From positions 756,753 to 820,752 of the forward strand of contig MU057560.1 of the NCBI GenBank assembly GCA_013265495.1: a stretch of 64,000 nucleotides of DNA. Reading direction: 5' to 3'. The position numbers and the translations under genes were made by a program. Of the stretch, positions 11,271 to 22,580 are shown piece by piece. Position 1 is the first letter of the stretch, and each line of letters starts with the position of its first letter. The notes beneath the pieces were generated by a model. The model made no database searches and was not told the origin of the DNA. It saw only the letters and a list, made by a program, of their open reading frames with translations. The stretch comes from Vicugna vicugna. Taxonomy: Eukaryota.

Positions 11271-14179
11271 TGTATAAAACCATGGTAAATGTACTGTTAG
11301 GGAAGATTATGAACGTTCATACTTTGTTAGATGAGAAACCAATATGCAGAACAGTGTAGAGTCTATTCTGTAATTTGAGTTTTTAATAATGCACACATGC
11401 TTCTAGGTACAAAAATTACCCACGGAAGGAAGTGCAGGAAATGGGGAACCTGGTCGCTGGGAGACCAGGACACAGGCCAGGTTTTCACTTCCTGCTCGCC
11501 ACTCTGCACATTCTGGGTTTGGTACTAATTACCTATTGTGTACTACTACCTATTCGAAAATCATAAAATGAAAATACGAGATTAGCTAAGAACATGAGAA
11601 AGAGAGGGAGAATGGCGATAAAGTAACATAAAATAATAAAACATCATGGCAATAAAAACAGAGCCAAACAGTCATGTCTGCTAGACAACCTAGAGAGCTA
11701 AGATTACAGAGAAACAAACATAAGACAATCTGAGAAATTGCACAACGGAAGAAAACAGTTATAGGAATAAAATGGCAGTTTAAATACCAAGGAAAAAGGC
11801 AAAATGCAATAGCAAAAAAGATGTATTTCGATATACATGTTCTACAAAATAAGAAACAGAGAATTAATTAATTAGAATAAAATTTGTGAAGGAAGGCATG
11901 GTCTGTGAAGATTTTAGCACAAATATTTAAACAGTATTGCCTCACAAGTCTCAGATGCAGACACTTATAAAAACCCGGGTAGCCGTCATCTCAGGACCTG
12001 CAGTTCACTGAAGGGAACCCCTAAGGTCTGACATCTTTTGGGAGGAACTGCAACTTTAGTACCTAAAAATAAAGGCTGTATCTGTGTCTGTATCCCTGTA
12101 TCTTTATGTACCCCCGTACACATACCTTTACCATCTGTGTCTGTGTCTCTGAACCTACATCAGATTTAAGCCACTTGACTGCCTCCCCTCAGGCTTGAAA
12201 CCCCACCCACCTTCTCTGGCTGGTTCTCCACGATGAGAGGGCACCGCTGACCCCAGCCGCAGCCATCTGGTCCCGGCAGGTGGCTGCATTAGATTCTGGG
12301 GCCTTGGAGAGCCTTGAAGGGGTGTGTGATGGTGTCGAAGCCATTGCGTCAGTGGATGAAATCAAATCTTGAGAGGAGGACAGAGCGAGGTGCCTGGTAA
12401 ATAGGAGGCCGCCATGATATCCTAGTTGACAGGTGACCAACACCTGCCCCCATGGAGGGGGCCACAGACACAAGGACGGAGCACACCGACCTTGACAAGG
12501 ACCCCGTGGGAGGTGCTGGAGAGGAACCAGTGAGACAGCACCGAGGTTGTGAGTGCTGGCCACTGAGGAGACGCTGGTGTGATTCGTGGAGCTGGGAGAA
12601 AAGAGGGAGCCGTGTATTCACGTGAATTTTTTTTAGCTTTAGAAGGGATTTAGTGATGCAAGAATGACTTGAATTTCACATCACAGTATGAAGTGGGCTC
12701 CTGATTATATCAGGAGCTGCACAGCTGACAGAGTGCTTTCCCTTGGAGAATGACGTTCCCAGACAAAGTTGCAGTCTGTGAAAAGCTCAGGTTTTGGTTT
12801 TGCGGCCAACAGGCTACAATTATACGGTGGTGTATGATGCCGTCGGGAGAAATGATTTGGACAAGGGAAGGGAGCGATTTTAAGGCAGTGTTCCTGAGCG
12901 CCCGCTGCTTGCCTTAAACCACAAAGAATCCCATGGGTTCAGAAGTGTAAGAACGGAGGGCTCCCTTTGGAGTGGAAAAAGCTCGGTCAGAGAGAATGGC
13001 CAGTTCAATCCCCGAAGGCTGCAATTGCGTGGTCACATGTTTACAGTAACGGGAGGCGGCGAGGGCGGTCCACGCACCCTGGGAAGCCCCGGGGCCCCTG
13101 AGAGGCAGCTCTGTGGGGCCAGGAGAGCCGAGTCCTTCTCCGCACGAGGAGGGCTCTGATCTGTGGCTTTCTTGGTCTTCTCCACGATGACCCTTTTAGG
13201 GGAAGAGCTTCGGCAGTGTTCACAGCTCGGCCTCCAATTCCTCTGGCTCTGGCACGTAAACCCGCTCCCTGACTCCGCATGGAAGCTGTGTTCTTGCCCC
13301 AGAGACAGGAAGCCTTGGAGCATCCGTGTGCAGGGCGGTGTCGGGGGGTTGCCTAGGGCTGTGACATCTTCTTACTCCCCAGCTTATCGTAAATGTGACT
13401 CATAACCCGAGCAGATGTTTGCGTTATTTTCATCTGAGCAGAAGTCTGTGCAGCTCTGGGGTGACTGCTGCTGCCTGGGGCCGTGGTGCCCTGCACAGAA
13501 GACGGAGAGCTGACGGCTCCCCCCGCAGCACAGCTCCCCTGAACGTGAGGGGGGCAAGTGGGGACCGAGGAGGCTGCCTTTAATGGAAGACATGCAGGTT
13601 CTGAGCCAGGGCTTGGGACATTTTCCGAAGAGCAAAGGAGGAGGTTTACTCTGTTGATTTCATGACACTTTTGAAGGTGCTTAAAGAGTTCTGTTGCTAT
13701 AATTTTTTTTTTCAATTCATATGCCACGTAAGTGACCTCTGTAAGATGTTGCGATGAATACCCAATATTGCTGCAAGTCCTGGCTATTTGGAGCACCCTG
13801 TAGGGAAGGAGAGGAAGACATAATTTATGCTGGTGGGTGCAGGGTCCAGGAAGACCTTCAAAGAGGAGAGGCCATGTGCGTGGGGCCCAGAACAAGGGGA
13901 GGGGAACAGGCGGTGTGGGTGAGCAGCTGTGGGTGAGCACCCCGGGACAGCCCAGGTTGCCGCGTCACAGCTGCCGGGCTCGGGTCTCCCCTGTCACACA
14001 CTCACAGGCATCCTCCTGTGGTCCAATTTAATGTAAAAAGCTCTTCTCCAACGGCTTGAGTTTTGTGTATGGAAGGGATGGCTCTTAGATAAAGGGATTC
14101 TGCAATTGTTGCTAGTAATATCAAGTGCGTTTCTCTTGTGAACGTTCTAATTTTTTCCCATCTTTAGAATGAGCATAGT

Positions 14180-14310
14180 TTTGGAGTTGGAGAGACGTAA
14201 CGCGATTCCTCCTTTATGTGACCTTGGACTCATCCAGAGGCTTAGCTCCCTTGTCAGTAAAGCAGGGATGCTAATTTTGGGCTCACAGAGTTGGTGTCAG
14301 GCCAAGTGGG
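14180..14310 (+). mobile_element. MIR SINE fragment
   Basis: TTTATGTGACCTTGGAC...GCTTAGCTCCCTTGTCAGTAAAGCAGGGATG...CTCACAGAGTTGGTG. Confidence 0.5.
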
Positions 14311-14939
14311 ATGTTGCAGGCCAGGCAGTGCACCGTTGGGGGTTGGGGGGCCCAGTCCCCGAGCTCGGGCTGTAGGAAGTCTGAGTGCCACCTGCCTGGT
14401 CCTTGTAGGGAGGGCTGTTACTAGTTACAATGTGACTGTAACATTAGTTTTGGATTTTGTCTCTAAATTTATAGGACAAGTATTTTAAACTTCTATTTGC
14501 CACAGGTAGAACAGCTTCTCTTCTTAATGTGACCTTTAACTCCTGATTTTTAAAAAGTTTTTTTGAGGGTCGGATTTCTTGGAAGAGGCCCTTTGATTGC
14601 ATGGAGCGCGGTGCTTGGGCATTTTGGAAACCCAATACACAAGCAATGAGAAAGAAGTCATATTTGAAATTCTTGTAGCAATGCAATGTGGTCTCTGCTG
14701 GTGGGGCGGTTGCAGATGAGTGATATCTGGGTTCCTAAATACCACGGCGCTCACACCCATCCTCCCACGGAGAGTCACACAGCCCAGCGGTACCCCAGCC
14801 AGAAATAGCTCGAGGATCTACATTCCTTCATGGTATTTAGAAACAACAGTTGTGGGAAGAAAGGTCATGGCCATAGAGTTTAATTGATATTATATTTTCT
14901 CCTTCTATGGCAGTCATTTAAAATGCTTATTTTTTTCTA

Positions 14940-15600
14940 TCTTTTACTAAATAAGCCATGGAATTTAGACTATACAGAAAAACAAAATTAAAATTGAAAA
15001 AGCCAAAAAAAGTATCCATAATCTCACTGCCCAGGGATAACCATTGTTCATATCTTGGTTTCACAAGCTTTCAATCTTTTTTCCCTTATGTATATAAATA
15101 TTTTTAAACCAAAGAAAATGCAGTCTACAGGGCATATCAATTTCATGTCGCTTTTCCACATGTAACAGAGCACGGGGAAACCCCTCTTACTCTTTGACTC
15201 CAGAACCACTCTCCTGTCCGTGGAGTGTTCCATCCGGAGGGCGGAGCAATTCACTCTCCAGCCCGCTATTGTTGCTCACGTAGCTGGTTTCCAGTCGTTC
15301 AGCAGACAGACAATCCTGGGAGCAGTGTTCCCGTAGCAAATGCTCCTGCCGTGTGTGTGTGACGAGAGGCTCGGGGGGGGGTGTCTGAGCGAGGGGTCTG
15401 AGGGGAGGGCACGGGTCGGGTACAGGATGAGGTGTGTGTCCTCCAACTGCCCTCGGTTTCTGTAACAAACGTGCTCACCATCAGAGCCAAAGTGCCCGAG
15501 GCCCTGTGCTCTTGCAAACACTGTTACTGTTTCAAAACATCTTTACCAATTTTGTAGGGAAGGGACACTGCCCTCTCCCTGCTATAAATGAGCACATCTT
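14940..15600 (-). mobile_element. Ancient LINE-1 (L1ME-like) 3' fragments
   Basis: CCATAATCTCACTGCCCAGGGATAACCATTGTTCATATCTTGG; GGTTTCCAGTCGTTCAGC...ACAATCCTGGGAGCAGTG. Confidence 0.5.
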
Positions 15601-15899
15601 TGATGGTTTGCTGCTTCACAGATGAGGAGATGAAGAGTCAGTAAATGCGAGTGAGCTATCCATGGGGCAGGGCTGGCCAATGTAGAAAGTTCTAGATCCC
15701 AGTTCATTTGCTGATTTGCTCAGTGATCAATATTAAAGTCCTCGGTGGGCCAGGAGCAGTGGGAGGCTCTAGAAATTCGAGAGTGTGGACGTGTGGTCGC
15801 TGCCTGGAGGGCTCCCTGCAGGAGGTGGGGGTGCGCCCACTGGCTGCCTGGGATGATGAGGGAGCCTCGGGTGGGTGTGGGAGGGCACCGCAGCAAGAG

Positions 15900-16570
15900 T
15901 TCCCAGCCGAAGGCATTCTTGGAAGATGGACGGGCGGGGGAAGAGAGGCGAGGGGCGGGGACCGTGGGAGGAGGGAGGACCCAGGGTTGGGGAAACAGTC
16001 CCCAAACGTCCAGGGGACGTCGGTGTGGGCAGTAGAATCCTGGCTCTCCCCTGGCATGGAGCAGAAAGACCCAGAATCTCTGAGCAGTCAAGGCTTCCTC
16101 TGCAGCTGTGGACGCAGGTCCCTGCGGTTGCGCTGCGCAGCTGAACCTGCCCAGGGCACGAAGATGCCCTTGGCCTCCCGGCTTTGGTTTGTGTGCATGA
16201 AAGGCAGAGGTGCTCTGCAGGGCACAGGCCGGCAGCGGGAGCACAGAGCACCCGGCCAGGGACTCGGGGCCCCCCAGCACCGACAGTCTTCTCCGAGGTC
16301 CGCCCGGGCTGCGGCTCAGAGGGGCCCGGGGAGATCCCGGGGAGGGGGCACGCCGAGGCAGGCGGTGCGTCAAAGCCGGCACAAGGCTGCTGTCGGTCCG
16401 GGAGGGAAGGAGCAGCTATGTCTCCGGCCTTCCGGAGCCCACGCTTCCCCTTCCCCAGGCCGCGGCTCTGGGACCCGTCTCTCCTGAGATTACAGGCATG
16501 AGGGCTCCCTGTGACGGGGGACCAGGGGTCCTGTCCCCAGCTGTGCACTCCCCTCCTCCGGAGGGCTGGC
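15900..16570. other. GC/CpG-rich unique segment (weak CpG-island-like)
   Basis: Visibly dense CpG and G-runs; many overlapping low-complexity ORFs on both strands. Confidence 0.45.
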
Positions 16571-17667
16571 CCTTTCCAAGCTTGAAGACTTCTGCCCTTT
16601 CCTGAGGGGAAATTTTTAGGGAGCTAGAAAGAGAAGCTTGAATCCATGGGGGAGACTTTTTAAACACTTGCTAAAAAAACATAGGCAAATATGTCGTGCA
16701 TGCCTTGAATGTAGCCCAGCCCTCCAGAGCTATTTCTCTAGTGGGGGGCCACAGTGGATTTCAGATCCTCCTGGTGTGTGCTGGGGTCCGCACACGGGGG
16801 CCGGTGCTGACTGACGCCAAGCTGCCGTTCCCCTCCGGGACAGAAACTGCTGGAATCTGTGCTCCAAAGTATGCTTTCTGAGGGCGGAGGCATTCTCAGC
16901 CTGTTCCCTATTTAGCTCCCTGCACTTAACTATTTCTAGCAATAACTGGTGGTCATTAAATGTCCGTTGATTTAGGGACCGACATACCAACCGTGGCTTC
17001 TCCCATCCAAGTGCAGAACACCTGCTCTTTGCCGTGAGTCTAACAGGAAACATGCATTTCTCCGCTCAAGAAGCTTCAAACCACAGAGTGAGAAGGCGAC
17101 AGCAGTGTCTGTATCTACCACGAAGCTGAGCGGGCGCGCTGGTAGCCATCAGCCTCCCGCTTCAGGACAGAGGAGGGGAGGACCGCCGATGTCGGCGTCT
17201 GCCCTGAGGTGAGAATGTTAAAGAACCCCAGATGATACAGATGGATGCTCTGGGCTAGGAGGACGTGCTTTTCTCCCATCTGAGGAGAGAAGAGAGGGAA
17301 GTAGACCTTCACATACCCTAGAGAAGCCACGGGACTGGGGTTGATGTTGGGAGAGGGGCGCTGATGATGAGGGCTGAGAAGTGTTCCTGGGGACTGTCCC
17401 TTGTTCCGTAAGGCAGGTGGCAGCTGTGACCATGTGACATCAGCCAACAAACGGGGAGCCTTGGAGAAACTTCTCGTGGTTGCTCCAACTTAACCTTCTG
17501 GAGACTGTACCACAGCAGAAGCCCCTGGAGCAGAGCAGACATCCCCCGGGGCCATCAGGTGGTGGACTGAACGTGAACTCAGGCTCGCGGGGTGTGGTGG
17601 GGGGCGTGTCTCTGGTCAGTGGGCAGTGATGCTGACACCGACAGGACTTGAAGAGGAGCTAAAAGAG

Positions 17668-19447
17668 TTTTTAAAAATTGATGTATGGTTTGTTTACAAT
17701 GTTGTATTAGTTTCAGGGGTACAATAAAGTGATTCAGTTATACATATATGTTCTTTTTCATATTCTTTTCCATTATGGTTTATTAAAGGATATTGAATAT
17801 AGTTCCCTGTGCCGTATCATAGGACCCTGTTGTTTATTTTATGTATAATAATCCCAAACTCCTAATTTACCCAGCCCTTTTCCCCTTTGGTAAACGTAAG
17901 TTTGTTCTCTATGTCTGTGAGTCTATTTCTGTTTTGTAAATGAGTTCATTTGTATTTCTTTTTACATTCCACATGTAAGTGGTATCATGTGATTTTATCT
18001 TTCTCTGAGTGACTCACTTCACTTAGTATAATAATCTCTAAGTCCATTCGTGTTACTGCAGATGGCATTATTTCATTCCTTTTAATGGCTGAGTCATATT
18101 CCACTGTGTATATATATATATACACTGTCTTCTTAATCCAGTCATCTGTTGTTGGACACTTAGGTTGCTTCCATGCCTTGGCTATTGTAAATAGTGCTGC
18201 TATGAACACTGGGGTTCATGTACCTTTTCAAATTAGAGTTTCCTCCAAGTATATGCCCAGGAGTGGGATGGCTGGAACACGTAGCAAGTCTATTTCTGCT
18301 TTAATAAGGAACCTGCCCTCCATAGTGACTGCCCCAATTTACATTCCCACCAGCAGTGTAGGAGGGCTCCCTTTTCTGCGCACCCTCTCCAGCACTTGTC
18401 ATCTGTAGACTTTCTAATGATGGCCTTTCTAACGGGGTGAGGTAGTTTTGGTAGTTTCGATTTGCATTTCTCTAGCAATCAGCAACTGGAGCATCGCTTC
18501 ACGTGCCTGTTGGCCCTCCGTGTGTCTCCATTAAAGAAGTGTCTGTTTAGGTCTTCTACCTGTGTTCTGACTGGGTTGCTTGCTTTTTGTTGTTGTTGTT
18601 ACCGAGTCGCATGAGCTATTTCTATATTTTGGAAATTAAGCCCTTAGTGGTCACATAGTTTGCAAATATTTTCTCCCGTCTGTGGGTTGTCTTTTTGTTT
18701 TCTTTATGGTTTTCTTCGCTGTGCAAACTCTTATAAGCTTGATCAGGTCCCATTTATTTATCTTTGCCTTTATTTCTGTTGCCATGGTAGGCTGACCTAG
18801 GAGAACGTGGCTACGATTTATGTCAGAGATGGTTCACGTGTGTGTTCTGGGAGTTATATGGTGTCATGCCTTATATTTAAGTATTTAAGCCAATTTGAGT
18901 TTATTTTTTGGTGTGGCGAGAGGAGGTGTTCTAACTTTATTACTTTACATGCAGCCATCCAGCTTTCCCAACTTCATTTGCCAAAGGGACAGTCTTTTCT
19001 CCATTGTATATTCTTGCCTCTTTTGCCAAAGATTCATTGACTGTAGATGTGTCGGTTTATTGCTAAGCTCTCTATTCTGTACCCTTGATCCATATGTCTG
19101 TTTTTGTGTCCATATCATGCTGTTTCGATGACTGTAGCTCTGTAGTATTGTCTGAAGTCTACAAAAGTTATACCTCCAGCTTTGCTCTTTCCCCTCAGTA
19201 TTGCTTTGGCAATTCTAAGTCTTGTAATTCCGTATAAATTTTAAGATTGTTTGTTTTAGTTCTGTGAAAGGTGTCCTGGATAATCTGACTGGGATTGCAT
19301 CAAGTCTGCAGATTGCCTTGGGCAGCATGGCCATTTTTAAAATATGAATTCTTCTAATCCAAGAGCATGAGGTATCTTTCCATTTCTTTCACTATTCAAT
19401 TTCCTTTATGAATGTTTTATAGTTATCTGCATATAAGTCTTCCATCT
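17668..19447 (-). mobile_element. 5'-truncated LINE-1 (~1.8 kb; ORF2 C-terminus plus 3' UTR, cetartiodactyl type)
   Basis: ORF track 17985-18209 (MFIAALFTIAKAWKQPKCP...AIKRNEIM...LEIIILSEVS) and 18290-18478 ([18 protein letters not shown]) are L1 ORF2 C-terminal motifs; possible degenerate TSD GAGCTAAAAG / GAGCTAGAAG. Confidence 0.93.
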
Positions 19448-20934
19448 GAAGAGCTAGAAGCTTTTAACTTCATTTCTAACTCCTTCCATCATGTTATTCT
19501 GGACTTGCACTTTACACCTAGCTTCAGCCTCTCAACCTTAAAGATGACCACTATTATTTTTAACATTTATCACTTTCTTAATCATTATCCTTATTCTAGC
19601 CTAATTACATTATTTTCTGAGGATTTGCTCTTGGCAAGCTCTCTTAGTATTTTTTACCTAAAAGTGTCTTTCTTCTACCCTATTCTTGAACGATAGTTCC
19701 CTAGAAATTGTAGGTTGGCATTAATTTTATTTTAGCATATTGAAGTTGTGTGTATGTGTTCATTTTTAAAATTTTCTGTCTCTGATTTTTATAATTTACC
19801 GTGACATGCTCAAGTATAGATTGATTTTTGTTTATTCCTTGTTATCTGGTGCCCCTTGATCCTTTTAGGAACATTTCCCCCCTATCTTATCCAGAATTTC
19901 TTAACATTTTCTGCAGTGTTGGTATGAATAACCAAGCATACTTTTTTATTAGAAAAGTGCAATTACTCTTTTTGCCATTCACTCTTGCCAGATAAGTTAG
20001 AATAACTGATTTATCTCTGTAGCCAAATAAGGCTCAAATCTATTCCAGAAATAGCTGATCCAGTTAAAAGAATTTTGATACATAAATGACAGTAAACAGA
20101 ACATCCCGCAGGGTGACTGAGAAGTGCTTTAGGATCTTGCAATCTTCCAAGGTCCTCCTAAATTCCAGTGACCACCAATGAGTTAAAAAATAAAGGTGTT
20201 TTAAGTGATTGGTTTGAATCTTCGTTGCATCCAAAATGTATTTTTCAAGTGTGTCTATGACCCATAATTGTTACTGACTCTGTTCAGATGTAGCAGTTGA
20301 GGGGAAGATGTGAGATTGTGGGTTTACGTGGATACCCCGTCATTCCACACCTGGGTGATGGGATGAGTTCCTGAGCCCTCCACAGGTTAGAATTCTCACC
20401 TGTAACCTGGATTCTCACAGCATCGTATGGGGCATCAGGGAAGATAAAGACCATGAATATGCAAATGGAGTTCCTATACCCGTGCCAGTAAATTTTCAGA
20501 ACTGTTAAGATATAGAATAAAGAAGGGGAATCAAATCTGATTTTTATCTTCCCATTTCACAGATTCCACAAAAATCAAAGTTTACAGGAGTCTTGCTGAA
20601 ATCTCTCACTAGAATGCCTTTGGCTGGCTTTATCTGTGTTGTACAAAACCTCTGTTTATAAAGAGGAGATTCCAGCACCCAGCAGAACCTTTCCTTCCAC
20701 GCTGCTCAGCCTCTGATTTCAGCAGTCACTCCCTGTCTTCCCAGAAGTTCTTTTGAGTTATGTAGCTGTTACTCCATTGGGCAGATTTTATTCAGTTCTT
20801 TCTGAGCTGTGAGTGCCTGAATGCTCATGCTTTTAGGCTGTGGCTCTGGAAGAAATCTCAGGGGGGCACAGCTGCCCCCGGACGCAGCACACTGGCTTTA
20901 CTTCCTGCAGCTGACCTTATACCAGGCAGAGAAA

Positions 20935-21190
20935 AGGGCACAGAAAAGAAGCTGATGGTCACCCAAGGGGGGAGGGGGTGGGGAGGGGGTAAATTAGGAG
21001 TTTGGGATTAACAGATATACACTACTGTATATACAATAGATACACAATAAGAACCTACTCTATAGCACGGGGAACTGTATTCATTGTCTTATAAAAACCT
21101 ATAATGGAAAAGAATCTGAAAAAGAATATATATAAATGTATAACTGAATCACTTTGCTGTACACCTGAAACAATCACAGCTAACACAAAA
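20935..21190 (+). mobile_element. LINE-1 3' UTR fragment
   Basis: GGAGTTTGGGATTAACAGATATACACTACT...CTATAATGGAAAAGAATCTGAAAAAGAATATA...TAACTGAATCACTTTGCTGTACACCTGAAAC. Confidence 0.85.
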
Positions 21191-21486
21191 ATAGGGTGAA
21201 GACGTCTAAGTCCCAGTCTTCCACACTGGTAATCATGGATACTGGCGAGTTACACGAAAATATACCTATTAAGAAATACGGCTTGAGAATGAATGAAATG
21301 GAAGCTGGTATGTGACATTCTTTTGTAAATTGTAAAGAAAAGTGCAAAGTTTCAAAGTATTTTTTCCATCTACTTATGTCTAGTTTTATCTATGCGTCTT
21401 ATACACGTGATAATGACAAAAAGAGACTTTGTTGAACATGGAGTGGCTTCACGTGGTACAAATAGGCTCAGTGGGGGTGTCTTCCC

Positions 21487-21922
21487 CTGTGGTGGCACTT
21501 CGGGAAGCTGCTCCCCCTTCTCTTAAGCCGGTGACTGCAGGCCAGCTGGGTGTGTTCCAGAGGGACTGCCAACAGCTGGGGGGGGGGGCGAATGGCGCAG
21601 ACACCCCTCCCCAATGCTGGCGAGTGTCACCCCACCCAGTGGGGCCCTGAGTAGAGCAAAAGGCGGAGGAGGGCCTGACTGGCCTGGCTGCCAGCTGGGC
21701 CGTCGGTCTTCTCTGTCCCTTGTGCCACTGGTTCTCCGACCTACAGACCAGGACTGGAACCTGCACCTCCCCTCTCTGGTCCTCAGGCCTTGGGGCTCAG
21801 CACCAGCTCTCCTGGGTCCGCAGCTTGCAGAGGGCAGATCCCGGGCATTGCTCAGCCTCCATGACTCTGGGGGCCAGTCCCTGAGAGCAAATCTCATTCT
21901 CTCTGTACATACACACTAACAC
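21487..21922 (+). mobile_element. MLT2-type (ERVL) LTR
   Basis: CCCTCCCCAATGCTGG...GGCCCTGAGTAGAGCAAAAGGCGGAGGAGGG...CACCAGCTCTCCTGGGTCCGCAGCTTGCAGAGGGCAGATC...CTCAGCCTCCATGA; ends CTAACACA. Confidence 0.75.
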
Positions 21923-21989
21923 AGCAGGCGATGTGCAGAGCCCACGGTCCAGGGCTGGGCACCTAAGGGGACTGCGTCCAGGGAGCATC

Positions 21990-22580
21990 CTATGGAGGTA
22001 GCTGGAAGGGCATCCTTCACAGTCTGAAAAGAGGAGGAGAGAGAGCCTGCACTGTAGCGGGAGCCGAGTGCCTGGGGTGCGCGAGAGAGGTAAGGGGTGG
22101 GTGCCCTGCGGATGGGGGCTGAGCAGAGAGCTTTAGGATGTGAGTGGAGGTGCTTGAGCAGATGAGTGAAAGGACAGGGTTCATGTTCTTACAAGGATGC
22201 CTTGGATGTCTTGAGAATACGCTCTGGGGACAAGGGTGGGGCGGGAGGGGCGGGAGCTAAGGGAACAGCTGAGGAAGGTGGTGGCTATGCCGGGGTACCG
22301 CGACACGCGTGAGTCTCTGAATGTACTTCGGGGGTGGAGCTAAGAGGGCTTCTTGATCCGTTTGGTGTGGGATGTTTGGGGGCAGGAGGCGGGGGGGTGA
22401 GATCCCGGGCTGGATATGAGTTTGGCTTGAGTAACCAGAACACTGTGGTTCCCCCAACGAGGAGGGGCAGGTCAAGGTGAAGCCAGCTCTCAGGAGATCG
22501 CTAGGAGTCTGGCTGCAGGCGTGTCACATTTAAGACGTGTATTTGACACCCAAGGAGAAGCGTCAAATAGCGAGTTAGCA
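21990..22580 (-). mobile_element. L2 LINE fragment
   Basis: Purine-rich antisense L2 motifs, e.g. TTTGGCTTGAGTAACCAG and TTTAAGACGTGTATTTGACACCCAAGGAGAAGCGTCAAATAGCGAGTT. Confidence 0.65.

Noticed and set aside
15704..16667. Longest ORFs in the window (259 aa on each strand, 220 aa and others)
   Set aside because: Mutually overlapping, rich in G/P/R/A/S, no recognisable domain; expected from stop-codon scarcity in GC-rich DNA
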